Assembly: GCA_047967505.1 (NCBI GenBank)
Contig: CM106538.1
Strand: one strand, 5' to 3'
From: Dipteris shenzhenensis
Taxonomy: Eukaryota
Length of the DNA stretch: 64,000 bases
A program made the position numbers and the translations under genes. Shown one piece after another: positions 37,201-50,534 of the stretch. Under the pieces are notes generated by a model. The model searched no databases. It had not been told where the DNA came from and was given only the letters and a program-made list of their open reading frames with translations. The first letter of the stretch is position 1, and each line of letters starts with the position of its first letter.

Positions 37201-38779
37201 GTTACACGGTCAATAATGCCAGGAGATATCAGCTCGGTAGTAGAGGTTGGAGACCTTCCAGAGTTCCTCATTCGGAGACTTTTGATATCACTGCGGATCT
37301 GTAGAGGTGCTTCTGAAGGAGACTTTGGAAATCGCACAGGAATAGAAAGATCGCTATCTTCTTTTGGCTTTCTATCCATGGTGGGATTACAGTGAACCTT
37401 TGGAGGTCCAGGTTCAGAGCCGACCCTACTTGCCCTCGATGCCTTTCTGCTTCGGAGACTATTCAGCATTGCTTATGGGATTGCAGACAGGCAAGGATGA
37501 TTTGGATGGGGGTAGCCAGGATTTTCAGTCACTTTGCCCACTCCCCATTTTTTATGACATGGGGCTCAGTGGCTTGGCTTTCTCTTACAGGACCTCAGGT
37601 TTTCTATGAGAGAGTTGACTCCTCTCGGGCCATTTCGGTTCGACGTCATCGGACTGAGTCCTGTTCGTTGGATGTGGTACCACACCTTCCTTTTACAACT
37701 GTACATGCCTCTGTAGATACTTCTTGGGAGATTCTAGCGAGCATAGCATCCTGGCATATCTAGAGAGCCAGATGCACAGAGGCTTTGGAGGGTACTCATG
37801 TTCATCCCTCGCACACATTGGCTAGTATCTGGACAGACAATATCTGGACAGACACCGTACATACTTTGATGGCCGTATGGAGGGGTATGCAGGGAGACTC
37901 CCGTGCAGCCTCAGCTAGGAGGGCTTCTTTCTTCAGGGAATGGAAGGATTCTCCTTTCTTCTCTGGGACTACTACAGGGTTGAGGTGGCACTTTCAGCCT
38001 CAGCCTTGGTTGTTTTCCACCTCACTCTGAGGGGGTTTTTTTATTTATCCTTATGATTTCATGATGTATTCCGCTTTGAGCTTGCTCTCGCGGGTTTTTT
38101 CTCTTACTTAATAGAAGTCTTTTTCTTGGAAAAAAAAAAATGCTGCGGGAGATAGGGGGGTAGAAAACAGGGAAAGGAGGTGAGGAGGGAGCGGGGGAAG
38201 GGGCGAGGAGGGGAGGGGTAAAGGGGAGAGGCTGAGAGGCTGAAGGGGAGGGGGCAGGCTGAGAGGGAGGGAGGGGGCAGGCTAGGGAGAGGAGAGGGAG
38301 AGGAAGGAGAGGCAGGAAGGGGGCGGGCTGAGAGGTAGGGAGGGGGCGGTCTGAGAGGGAGAGGAGAGGGAGAGGAAGGAGAGGGAGGGGCAGGGAGGGG
38401 CAGGGAGGGGGCGGTGCAGGCTGAGAGGGAGAGGAGAGGGAGAGGAAGGGGCGGGCTGAGAGGCAGGGAGGGGGCAGAGGAGCAGGCAGGGAGGGGGCGG
38501 AGGAGCAGGCTGAGAGGGGGAGGAGAGGGAGCAGGGGCTGAAGGGAAGGGGGAGGAGAGGGAGAGGAGGGGGCGGGCTGAGAGGCAGGGAGGGGGCGGAG
38601 AGAGGCAGGGAGGGGGCGGAGGAGCAGGCTGAGAGGGGGAGGAGAGGGAGCGGGGCTGGAAGGGGGCGGGCTGAAGGGGAGGAGGAGAAGGGAGGGAGGG
38701 GCTGAGGGCAAGGGAGAGAGGAAGGGACGGGCTGAGGGAGAGGGTGCAGCAAGGGAGCGGGGAGGAGTAGCAGCTCACC
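31215..38779 (-). mobile_element. Near full-length L1-type LINE (subfamily A), decayed, with another LINE inserted in its 5' UTR
   Basis: Poly(T) at 31215-31224; ORF2 ~31325-35532 (APE endonuclease, RT with LLDFEKAYD, RQGCPLAP, LADD; CPRC/HCLWDC zinc motif); ORF1 35529-37071; G-rich 5' UTR complement at 38144-38779. Confidence 0.93.
37131..38140 (+). mobile_element. 5'-truncated LINE (subfamily A) inserted in the 5' UTR of the preceding LINE
   Basis: ORF2 C-terminus, 3' UTR and poly(A) at 38129-38140; AAAAAATGC duplicated on both sides. Confidence 0.9.
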
Positions 38780-38796
38780 TTCGTTTATGAATATCA

Positions 38797-39449
38797 GGCG
38801 AGGATGATTTGGATGGGGGTAGCCAAGATTTTCAGTCAGCCAGGATTTTCAGTCACTTTGCCCACTCCCCATTCTTTATGACATGGGGCTCTGTGGCTTG
38901 GCTTTCTCTTACAGGGCCTCAGGTATTCTATGAGAGACTTGACTCCTCTCGGGCCATTTTGGTTTGACGTCATCAAATTGAGTCCTGTTTGTTGGATGTG
39001 GTACCACACCTTCCTTTTACAGTTGTACATGCATCTGTGGATACTTCTTGGGAGATTCTAGTGAGCATAGCATCCTAGCATATCTGGTGAGCCAGATGCA
39101 CAGAGGCTTTGGAGGGTACTCAGGTTCATCCCTCGCACACTTTGGCTAGTATCTGGACAGACACCGTTTATACTTTGATGGCTGTATGGATGAGTATGCA
39201 GGGAGACTCCCGTGCAGCCTCAGCTAGGAGGGCTTCTTTCTTCAAGGAATGGAAAGATTCTCCTTTCTTCTCTGAGACTCCTACAGGGTTGAGGTGGCAC
39301 TTTCAGCCTTAGCCTTGGTTGTTTTCCACCTCAGTTTGGGGGGTTTTATTTATCCTCATGATTTCATGATGTATTTCACTTTGAGCTTGCTCTCGCAGGT
39401 TTTTTCTCTTACTTAATAGAAGTCTCTTTCTTGGGGGGGAAAAAAAAAA
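38797..39449 (+). mobile_element. 5'-truncated LINE (subfamily A)
   Basis: Last ~550 nt of ORF2, 3' UTR and poly(A) at 39440-39449. Confidence 0.9.
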
Positions 39450-39549
39450 CTCACAGATATAAAGCTTGATGTTGAATGATGTATCTAACTCAAGATAAGT
39501 ACAACACTATATAGTGTGATACTAGACTCTAGAAAGCCATAGTGTATAT

Positions 39550-41417
39550 TGTAGGAACAAAGTGGAGACAGGTTGTGAACACAAGTGAGCAAGAGTGCAC
39601 ACATAAGAAAGCTCCAATAGAAATGTTCAAATGAAACAATACAAGTACTTCGTATATATGGTACCCAAGTACTACTGGTCAACCATAGGGTTGACTTTAT
39701 GCCTACAACACCATATCTTTGTAATCTCTTACAAACCCCCCCTCAAAGATATGGCTGAAAGTACCCTAGAAAAATCTCAAGTGTACCATGCAGTACCTAA
39801 AGTACCATGTTTACATAAATTCATCCAGATGGATATGCAACCCATGGGAGTACATGAAAACAATGTCATTGTGAATCACTTCACAACCCCCCTTGACATT
39901 GTGAGAATGTCTCTGATTCCCAAGCCATGTTGATGTCGTAAGAAAAGATCTGTTGACAGGGCTTTGGTGAAGATATCCGCCACATTGTCCTCAGATGGAC
40001 AATAGATGAGATCAGTGAACCCATCAGAAATACAATCCAATACATAATGATAATGATTTTCAATGTGTTTCATGCGAGCATGAAAGACAGGATTGTTGGC
40101 TATGGCAATGCAACTTTGCTTGTCACAAAAGATAGAGTTTGCTTCGCCATCCTATGCATGATGCAAGTCATGCAAAAGCTTCGTAAACCACATTAACTCT
40201 GTAGTGGCTGAATTTGCAGCTTTGTACTCTACTTCACTGGAGGAAAGAGAGACTCGCTCCTGCTTCTTACTGAGCCATGAGATACAGGCTGAACCCAATG
40301 AGAAGCAATAGCCAATAGTGGACCGTCTGTTGTCAATGTCACCTGACCAATCTGAGTCGGTGAAACGACTCAATGCTAGATCACAATCTGAAGCATAATG
40401 CAAGCCAAGAGAGAGAGTGCCATGGACATATCTAAGAACCCTATTTACTGCATTCCAATGTGTGATCGTGGGACAATGCATGAACTGGCTCAAAATCCCT
40501 GTGGCATAGGCAATATCAGGCCGTGTGGAGCATAGATATATCAAACTGCCAACCAACCGCTTGTACAGAGTGCCATCAAACTTTTCAGTAGCATCATGCT
40601 TACTCAGCTTGAGTCCCTTTTCCAATGGAGTAGCCACAAGCTTACAGTTCTCCATTTTAAATTTCTACAACAACCCCTTCGAATACTTTGTCTGTCACAT
40701 AGAAATCCCATCATGGGTCTACCAAAACTCAATGCGAAGACAATAATGCAATAGGCCCAAATCTGTCATGTCAAAGTTGTGACATAAAGCAGACTGCACT
40801 GCTGTAATTTGCTGCAAATCACTGCCAGTGAGTATGATGTCATCCACATATAGTACCAACATGACCAATTCTGATTTTTGCTGCAAAACATACAGATTTG
40901 GCTCTGTATGAGTGTTTACAAAGCCCTGGGACAGCAAAAACTGATGTATCTTTTGATACCACGCACGAGGTGCTTGCTTCAGCCCATATAGAGCCTTCCT
41001 GAGCTTGCATACCACTTGCTCTTGTCCCTTCACCTCAAAACCTTGGGGCTGATGTACATAGACCTCCTCTTTAAGATCCCCATTGAGGAAAGCGGTCTTG
41101 ACATCCATCTGGTACACTAACCAACCATAAAACACAGCAAGAGAGATGACAGAACGAATGGTGATCATCTTGGCCACTGGAGCAAAAGTCTCCTCATAAT
41201 CTAGCAACCAAACGGGCTTTGTATTTCTCAACTGTGCCATCTGAATGGTATATTTCACCTTATAAATCCATTTCATGTCAACCACATTTTTCCCAATGGG
41301 TGCATCAAGCAAGTCCCATGTGGCATTCTTCTCAATGGATTTAATCTCAGCTTCCATAGCTTTCTGCCATGCCGGATTACACTGAGCATCCTTGAAGTTC
41401 TGAGGCTCATTTTCAGC
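39550..41417 (-). mobile_element. 3' half of a Ty1/Copia element: RT, RNase H, PPT (39736-39744) and 184-bp 3' LTR (39550-39733)
   Basis: YEETFAPVA, QMDVKTAFLNG, LYGLKQAPRAW, LYVDD, TRPDIAY, FTDSDW, KHIE; LTR homologous to 52517-52697. Confidence 0.93.
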
Positions 41418-42834
41418 TTCGCAAGATGGTGGTGCGGGGACTTATGCCAGGGCAGCAACCGTGGAAGGCCTTTCTTATTAGCAACATACGGAGGTGCACA
41501 CCTTCTTCAGGAGGAGACTGGATGAGCAGTATTAGGTGCATCTTCACCACAGCACACCTCAGATCACCTTCGTCCCCTCTCATGGTTGCCATTCTAAAAG
41601 CATGGGCTAGTTTCAGGAGCACTCTTCGGAGGATTCCTCCTTCCTCTTGTGAAGAGATTGATAGGCAACCCATCATGTGGAATGACAGTATTTTAGATGA
41701 TCATGGCAGACCACTTGGTGCCTCACTCTACATGCAGTGGTCCAGGTGGGAGAGGGAAAAAGTGGTTCCTCGACCCAGACCCCCGGCTACTCTCCACCGG
41801 GTCTTGGAGGCTTTGGCTCTACGGGGGAGTTTCCATTAGGTATTTGCAGTGGGACCCTAGAGAGTGGGAGAAGATTGACGCAGGGCATTGAGAGAAGAGC
41901 ATCTCCTTCTTTCGTTACACGGTCAGTAATGCCAGGAGATTTCAGCTCAGTAGTAGAGGTTGGAGACCTTCCAGAGTTCCTCATTGGGAGATATTTGATA
42001 TCACTGCGGATCTGCAAAGGTGCTTCTAGAGGAGACTCTGGAAATCCCACAGGAATAGAAAGATCACTCTATTCTTTTGGCTTTCTATCCATGGTGGGAT
42101 AGCAGTGAACCTTTGGAGATCCAGGTTCGGAGCCGACCCTACTTGCCCGGAGACTACGCAGCATTGTTTATGGGATTGCAAACAGGCGAGGATGATTTGG
42201 ATGGGAGTAGCCAAGATTTTCAGTCACTTTGCCCACTCCGCATTCTTTATGACATGGGGCTCTGTGGCTTGGCTTTCTCTTACACGGCCTCAGGTATTTT
42301 ATGAGAGACTTGGCTCCTCTCGGGCCATTTTGGTTCGACGTCATCAGATTGAGTCCTGTTCGTTGGATGTGGTACCACACCTGCCTTTTACAGATGTACA
42401 TGCCTCTGTGGATACTTCTTGGGAGATTTTAGCGAGCATAGCATCCTGGCATATCTGGAGAGCTAGATGCACAGAGGCTATGGAGGGTACTCAGGTTCAT
42501 CCCTCGCACACTTTGGCTAGTATCTGGACAGAATCTGGACAGACACCGTACATACTTTGATGGCCGTTTGGATGAGTATGCAGGGAGACTCCCGTGCAGC
42601 CTCAGCTAGGAGGGCTTCTTTCTTCAGGGAATGGAAGGATTCTCCTTTCTTCTCTGAGACTCCTATAGGGTTTAGGTAGCACTTTCAACCTCAGCCTTGG
42701 TTGTTTTCCACCTCACTTTGAGGGGGTTTTATTTTTCCTCATGATTTCATGATGTTGTATTTCCGCTCAGAGCTTGCTCTAGTGAGTTTCTTTCTTACTT
42801 AATAGAAGTCTCTTTTTTGCCAAACAAAAAAAAG
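41418..42834 (+). mobile_element. 5'-truncated LINE (subfamily A) with internal deletions
   Basis: Post-RT ORF2 region, 3' UTR and A-rich tail at about 42821-42834; ~350-nt deletion near 41757 relative to the 54527-61255 copy. Confidence 0.9.
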
Positions 42835-45800
42835 AACCCTCCAAAGCCTCAGTGCACCTGGCTCTCCAAATGTGCCATGCTGCAATGCTAGCTAAGACCT
42901 CCCATGGAGAATCAACCGATGAATGAGCAGCCTTGAAGATAGAGGCCAGAACATCCTCTAGAGAGCATGACTCCATAAGGTGTCGTCGGATGTGAAGAGC
43001 CCAAGAGGAATCAAGTCTCTCAAAGAAGACCTGGGCCCCTGAAAGAGTAAGCCAAGCCATTGATCCCCAGGTCATATAGAAAGGTACGCGAACAAAAGTG
43101 CTGAAAAGTCTTGCAATCCCCTTCCATATGATTCTTGCTTGTCTGCAATCCCAAAGGTAGTGTTGTATTGTCTCCAAAGCAGAAAGGCAACGAGGGCAAG
43201 ACAGGTCAGCTCCAAACCTGGATCTCCATTGGTTCACTGCTATCCCACCATGAATAGAAAGCCAAAAGAAGAGAGTGATTTTTCTATTCCGGTGGGATTT
43301 CCAGAGCCTTTGCCAAAAGATTTTCTGCAAGTCAGCAGAAATCTGAAAGTTCTCCCAATGATGAGCTCTGGTAGGCCTCCAACCTCTACAGCTGAGCTGG
43401 AATTTCCTGGCATTACTGACCGTGTAACGAAAGAAACGGATGCCCTTTTCTCAGTGCACTTCATCTATCCATTCCCATTCCCCAGGGTCGCACTTCAAAA
43501 ACGTAATTGGGACACCTCCATAGAGCCACAGCCTCCATGAGCCCAGGCTGATGAGAAGCGGGTCAGGATCCAAGTACCACTGTGAAAAAGAGCCATGCTC
43601 CATGAAGCCCACTATCTTGACTCGCTGAAACGGTACCTCCAACAAGATATCGTCTGTGGATCTAGACAGTCTACCCCCCAAAGAAACATCAAATGCTAAG
43701 GCATCCTCATGTGTGTCATGAAAAGCAATCACCTATAAAGGAACTCCCAATCTGGAAAATGCCCCCATCCAGGTGGAGTAAGTAATAGGCATGTCATCTG
43801 TGTCCACCCAATCCAAGGGCAAGGCTGCACCAATCTATTGGACTCTCCCGGCACTCCCTCTAATATTAAGAACCATCTGGGCCTGTCGGTCTGTAGGAAG
43901 CTTCCTGAAGGCTTTCCATGCTCCCACGGTAGATGCAGGGCTCCTCTCCCATCTTGGCCACTGCATGTAAGGAGAGGCTCCAAGTGGTCTACCATGCTCA
44001 TCCAAAATACTGTCATTCCACATGATAGCCGCCTTTCAATCTCTTCACGGGTGGATGGGGGAATCCTGCGAAGAGTACTCCTGAAGCTGGCCCATGCTTT
44101 CAGGATAGCAACCATAAGAGGGGAAGAGGGAGATCTGAGGTGGGCTGTGGTGACAACCCATCTGGTACTGTGTGTCCAATCCTCTCCTGAAGTGGGCGTG
44201 CGAGACTGAATGCATCTGATAAAGAAATTCTTCCAAGGCTGTTGCCCTAGCATAAGTCCTCTCACGACCTTGCAAAGTAAGGCTCTGCACTGTAGATTTG
44301 GGTCGATGATATTGCTGCAGCAAGGCGCTCCAGAATCCAAGCATTTGTAGGCCGTTTTTGCTTTTCTCTCTGAAGAGTTGCCAGTTGCTGTCGAATGGCA
44401 ATCTCTGTCCTGCGAATCTCATCTGTCCTGATACTAGCAACAGAATGATAAAAGGGAGTGAATTCCACCTTCCCTACCCCCTCTTTTGTCTGAAGGCATC
44501 TCAACCATATTGAAATCACCCCCATCCAAGAATCTGCAATATGGGACCAAGAGAGCAACTCCTTCCAAAGTAGGACATGATCGCCTCTTAAGTTGGGTGC
44601 ATAAAGGTTAAGAAAGCCAACCTTATGCCCACCAATCATCAAAATAACCCACTGTGCTCTAGAGGGGACTATGACTCCGTGTCCAATGACCAAGGGAAGC
44701 ATCGAATAAGAGAGAGAAATGCAAATAATGCCTCCCTTGGTGCCCAAGGCAGGTGACCAAAAAGCATGGCCAAAAAGAAGCTTACCCGACTTGGTACAAT
44801 CTGTACCATCCATCTTATGCTCTTGGAGCATATGGATATCAATGGGGTCACCTGAAACAGCTGGATGGAGTTGGTTACGAATCAGCTGCCTACGGCGGCG
44901 ATGAGGTATACCACCGAGGCCCTAAACATTCCAACTAACGATCCTTATCGACGGGGGGAGGCCGGGTGAAAGGCCCTACCCAACCTGGTAGTGGAGAAAA
45001 TTCTCTCCTGTGAAAGAGTCCTCTTGTCAAGCAGAGGGAAATCAATGGTGAAAGAAAACCCACTCCAGTAGAGAGGGAATCCCTATCCAACGGAATCCCA
45101 ATAACCGGATCCCCGGGTAAAGGGTACAAACTCCTCCTCTGTCTTAAACTCTGCCAAATCTGCCAGTACTGCAAAACAGTTCCTGTAGGAGGGAACTGGC
45201 ATAGAAGTGCGAAGAATCCCTGCACCCGAGGGAGAAGAGGAAAAAACCCCCTTACCTCTATCAAGAGGTCAAGTGTGAGTAACAGAGGAAGGATGCTGAT
45301 CAAGAACATTAGTGATAGGACCTGAAGAAATGGGTTGCCCCTCCTGATGAGCAGGTGGGGGGACTGGGGCAACCACATCTATGCCTGTAAATGCAGGAAT
45401 ATCATCTGCCTGTAATTGAGTATGGTCCGAGGTGCCTCGTATAGGTGGCGGAGTGTCAACAACCCTCACAGGCTTCCAACGGGTACTGATCGTACTGTGC
45501 GTGCTGAAGAAGATGGTCCAGGTCTAGGGGTTGGTCCTGAAGGTCCTGGGCGGAGATGGGGGGGCTCTGGTAGCGCGTGTAGAAGTAGGACGAGAAGGAG
45601 GAATAAACCGTTTGGGCCTTTTCTTCTTCCTTGGGCAATCGCTTGCGAAGTGCCCAAGGGTCCTGCAAATCCTACACTGATCCTGTCTCCCTACAACCTC
45701 GACTCTCTGTCGAAAAAAGGAACCATCTCATCACTGAAGCATAATGTGATCATTTGTAATATCAGGGTCAGAGACGATGACCCTGACTCATGGCATCCCA

Positions 45801-46620
45801 TTTGATCTGACAGCCTCCGCCACTGAAGAGGGCATGCCAGGGAGGGAGGGGATCTCTGTGACCAACCCAAAAGTGGCTCCTATGGACAATAAGAGTCGAT
45901 GGTAAACCTGAGGAAGGTTGGGGAATTTGATGAAAAGTGAGGTAACCCTGCTATCTTTCTCTACTAGATTGAAACCCAAAGTGAAGGGTGTCAAAAAGAT
46001 CCTCCTGGAGCTCAATGCCAAAGGACTAGCCTTGAGTACTGAACTTGCTACTCAACTTGCTGACTCTGGAGAATCAAAGACCACTTGGAAGAACCCTTTT
46101 CCAAGTAGACGAACATTGGTGAGGTGCCCTGAGAAGTCTCCAGGTAAAGCCGAAAGCATCCAATCCCTAGCCTGTAGCCTGGAGGGGTGGGAACCGTGGA
46201 TGCGAGCAAAGAGTGAGGTGGCATACTCATGCTCTAAATCTATCTCTAGCTGCTAAAGCTCGTCTTTGGAAAAGGTAACTGTTTAGGCCGCTGGTGGAAG
46301 CAGTCGAGGATTGTTGGCTAAATGGGAACCCATTTGTCAATCAAGGTGGAATGGCCGACACGAACACGAAGATGCTCTGTCCATCCAAAAACCTGCTGCC
46401 AGAAAGAGAAAATCGCTCTCTTTTTCCTAGAAGGGGAAGAATAAGGGGGAGGGGGAGCGTGGCGGGGGAAGGGGCAGGGTAGGGAAGGAGGAGAGGGGGA
46501 GGGAAGGAGGGGAGGGGGAGGGAGGGAGGGATGGAGGTGGTGAGGCAGAGGCAGGGAGGGAGGGGCTTACGACCAGCCAGGCGCTCCCAAAGGAAAATGT
46601 GAAGTCTGAGCCAAAAATCA
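42835..46620 (-). mobile_element. Diverged L1-type LINE (subfamily B) lacking the RT domain and the 3' end
   Basis: ORF1 ~44943-46333, endonuclease ~44400-44945 (LQEHK, GFLNLYAPN), jump near 44313 directly to the post-RT region, CPRC...HYLWDC; G-rich 5' UTR complement at ~46430-46565. Confidence 0.87.
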
Positions 46621-47435
46621 CCGTCTAGGAACCTCCGTTCACCCTAGACCAATGGTCTTTCAACGTCCTGACCATCTCTGTGATCAGCTCCTCCCTAGAC
46701 TGTTAGGAGATCCTCCATGATCAGCCAACGCCATTGCCAGCCCAACTTGAGAAAAGAATCCCCTTTTGCCAAGAGCCCTGCTCGGCGTGAAGTCCTTCCA
46801 CCAGCCTCAGCCCATGAGCCATGCCTAGGCACAAGGTTGGAACCCTAATCCTAACTTTGAAGGGGTTTGTGTATATTCATTTTTTCAACAGCTCCAACTG
46901 GCCCGCCCGATGTGAGAGAGCCCCCTTCCCATTCTGATATCCTCCGTCCTTTCTCACACAGCTCCTGTGACGTGGCAAAAAATTCCAAATCCTACGTTCC
47001 ATTCTAGAGATCTCTCTCCCTGTCATCTGTTTACCAACCCACGTCCTTTCTTTTTCCTGCTTGCTATTTTGCCCAACATGCAAGGGGGGGGGGGGGGGCG
47101 GGCATTTGGAAGGTTCCACATGGCACCCTCTTCCACATTTGCCCCTAGCTCCCTCTAGTGGGGCTCTTTTTAGAAGCATACCAATGGCCTACCTTCAAAA
47201 CTAAGGGTACTGTGCCCCCTTCTTGGTCCAAACCACAATTTTTACCCCCAAGGCATTAATTGCTAGGGGTTCTAGCACACCAAGCAACCCATGACCTTCC
47301 TCCTTGTTTTCCCAGGGTCTTGCCCACATGCAAGCCTACATAGAAATCACACCCTCGTGACATTGCTCCACCTACTCCAAGCTAGCAACCCCCCTCTCCC
47401 CTTCCTGCCCTCTTTCTTGCCCTCACCCTTTCTGT

Positions 47436-47895
47436 GGCAGGGGAGGGGAAGGAGGCGGAGTAGGGGGAGCGGGGGGTAGGAGGAGCAGGGGGTTAGGAAG
47501 GAGGGGCAGCGGGCGGGTAGGGAGAGGAGGGGAGAGGGCAGCGGGGGTAGGGAGGGAGGGGCGGGTAGGGGAGCGGGGTAGGGGGAGCCGGGGGTAAGGA
47601 GGGAGGGGCAGCGGAGGGGTAGGGAGAGGCGGGGACAGCAGCGGGGTAGAGAGGGAGAGGTAGCGGGGGGTAGGCAGCAGGAGAGGGAGGGAGGGGAGCG
47701 GGAGAGGCAACGGGGGGGGAGGGCAGCAGGAGAGGGAGGGAAGGGAGCGGGAGAGGCAGTGGGTGAGGGGGCAGCAGCCCGGGAGGAGGGGCTGGTAGGG
47801 AGAGGAGGAGGGAGAGGAAGGGAAGGGCTGGGAGCGGAAAGGGGTGCAAGACGGAAGGCAGCAGGGAGCAGTAGGACAGGGAGCTCAGAAGCTCT
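47436..47895 (-). repeat. Isolated G-rich tract, probably a LINE 5' UTR
   Basis: Same composition and GAGC-type terminal motif as the LINE 5' UTRs at 38144-38779 and 54527-55200; no ORF1 attached. Confidence 0.55.
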
Positions 47896-47924
47896 TCAAG
47901 GCCGGGGTACTCCTATCGATCAAT

Positions 47925-50335
47925 TTTTTGTCCTGAATGACTTCAGTGTCTGTGGAGTGGCATCCAAAAATACAGCCGTGTCATCTGCCAACTCATTGTC
48001 TAAGAGCTCATCCTCCTGCCTCAGAGGAAGCTTGAGCCCTACCATACCAGCTTGAGCTCTAATGTAATAGCTCATAGCCTCAGTCACAAAAGGAATCAAA
48101 AGGAGGCGAGGGGGCAACCCTTACAGACCGATCTGGTAATCTCAAACCTGTCTCCCCTGACTCCACCAATAAGAACCTGGCTGTGGGATCTGTAGAGGGC
48201 TAACACCCCTCTGATCCATGCATCTGAGAAGCCAAAACGAGTAAGTGTGCCCTCCAAAAATCCCTAGTCTACCCTATCATAAGCTTTCTCAAAGTCCAAG
48301 AGTAGAATGGCTATTATGCATGGCCCAATCCGAAGCCTCCCAAAATGAGAAGATGTTATCAAAGATGCTCTTGCCATGCACAAAACCTGTCTGCGTATCA
48401 TGGATAAGATTTGGTAGAAAGGGTTGAAGACGAAGGCTGATAGCTTTAGCTAGGATTTTATACAAGGTACCCAGCAAGGTAATCGGTCTCCCCTAAGACA
48501 CTAAATTCCTGCAACCCCCTTTCAGAATCAAATGAATGAGGCCCTCCGTAAGTGAGTCCGGCATCTCACCCGAGTCCCATACACCCTACAGGGATGAGGT
48601 AATGTGATCCCCAATCTGATCCCAAAAAGTAATAAAAAATAAGGGGGTAAGTCCGTCTGAATCAGGACACTTGCCTTGTGAAGGGCAGAGAGAGCAGTCC
48701 TGAACTCTATGTTGGTGCAGGCTGCATCAAGTGAGGCAGCCATATCCCCTTTCACCAACCCAAGTAAGTGTCGCCAAATAACCACTCTAGCATCATCTGT
48801 GAGAGTCTGGATCTGCTATAAGAAGGGAGGCATAGAAATCGGTGGCAACCTGTAAGACGGAATTTGGATGTGTTTGAAGAACTCCGCCTAAGTCAACAAG
48901 CTGTGAGACGCTCTCCCTACTATGTCTGGGACCAAGAGTAGAGAAGAACTTCTTGTTGACCCTACCTCCCTTCTGTGTCCAAAATGACTCTCTGGCGTGA
49001 AAGGCATACTCTGCTCTCTGATCTAAAAGTGACTGCTGCTGAGCCCTTGCTGCAGCAAGGAACTCCTGAATCCAAGCATCTGTATGCCTCTTCTACTCCT
49101 CCCTCTGGAGGGCAGCCAACTGCTAGCGGATATCTATCTCACGCCTAAGGATCTCACCCCTCTTGATACGAGCAACTGAAAGATAAAAGTCACTGATATC
49201 AGAGAGGGCTGTGGCTAAGTCTCAAGGAGAAAGCTGCCCATCCTAAAAATGGGATACCCAGGTGCTCAACACTGTCTCTGTAAGGCCCTCCTCTGCATAA
49301 AAGGAATCTGGAATCCTAACACTGGCAGAGCGGCGCCTCACATGGGGATCTGAGACCATCAAAACCACTGGAAAATGATCCGAAGTGGACACCAATGCAA
49401 ACAATACCACCTCTATCAAGAGCCCAATCATCCACATAAAATCTGTCAATCCGTGCATGTATAGGCATCTGCAATCTCCTATTCGACCAAGTAAACAGGA
49501 GAGAATGTGGTGAGTGTGAAAAGCATCATCATGCCAAGCATCCCTGCCACTGTACTTAAAGGAAGGCATCCCACATTGCTCTCACTAGGGAGTGAATGCC
49601 ACCTTCCCTACCACCCCTTTTGTCTAAGGGAATTTCAACCATGTTGGAATCGCCCCCTATAATCCAAGCATCTGCAATATGTGACCAAGAGAGCAGTTCC
49701 TTCCAAAAAAGAACACAATCCACTCTAGAATTGGGTGCATAAAAGTTTAAGAGACCAACCTTATGCCCACCAATCAAAAGTATAATCCACTAAGCTCTAG
49801 AAGGGTCTATGATCTTGTGTCCAATCACCAAGGGGAGTATAGAAGAAGAAACTGAAATGCAAGTACCTCCCCTGGTGCCCAAGGCGGATGACCAAAAAGT
49901 GTGGCCTGAAAGAAGCTTACCCGACTTAGAACAATCCCTGGCATCCAATTTGTGTTCCTGAATCATCAGAATGTCCATTGGACCCCCAGTAACACCTGGA
50001 TGAAGTTGGTTATGAATCATCTGCCTGCAGCGGCGGTGAGGTATACCCCCGAGGCCCTAAACGTTCCAACTGACAATCCTCATCTCCAAGAGGAGGAGGC
50101 CGGTTGGAAGATCCTACCCGACCTGGTAGCGAGAAAGCCCTCTCCTACAAAAAATTCATCCTATCAAGAGGAGGGAAGTCAACTGGGGAAAGCACACCCA
50201 CATCTGCTGAAGGGGAAACTCTGTCCACCCCACAAATGTCTGGAAGATGTGCTCCCCGAGCATAGAGGGTACAAACTCCTCCTTTGCCTCAAACTCAGCC
50301 AAGTTTGCCAGAAGTGAAAATAAATTCCTGCGAAG
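47925..50335 (-). mobile_element. Internal LINE fragment (diverged subfamily): ORF1 C-terminus, endonuclease, RT up to LADD
   Basis: IQEHKLD, NFYAPN, SDHFPV, LGTLYKILAK, QTGFVHG, LLDNELADDT. Confidence 0.88.
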
Positions 50336-50344
50336 TACCTATGC

Positions 50345-50533
50345 TGCCCCCTCCCTCCCCTCCTTGCTTCTCCTCCCTCCCCTCCCCCCTACCTGTTGCT
50401 CCCCCCACCTCCCCTCCCCCCTACCTACTGCTCCCCCCCTGACTCCCCTCCCGCTGCTGCAACCCCCCGCGCTGCTGCAGCCCCCTCCCGCGCACTGCCT
50501 CCTCCCCCGTATATATATATATATATATATATA
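50345..50533 (+). repeat. C-rich tract (LINE 5' UTR-like) followed by (TA)n
   Basis: CTGC/CCCC repeats at 50345-50509; (TA)n at 50510-50533. Confidence 0.6.
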
Positions 50534-50534
50534 A

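Noticed and set aside
38022-38778. Long Pro/Leu/Ser-rich or Gly/Arg/Glu-rich ORFs (also 47423-47849, 62494-63135)
   Set aside because: Low-complexity C/G tracts lack stop codons in most frames; they are LINE 5' UTRs.
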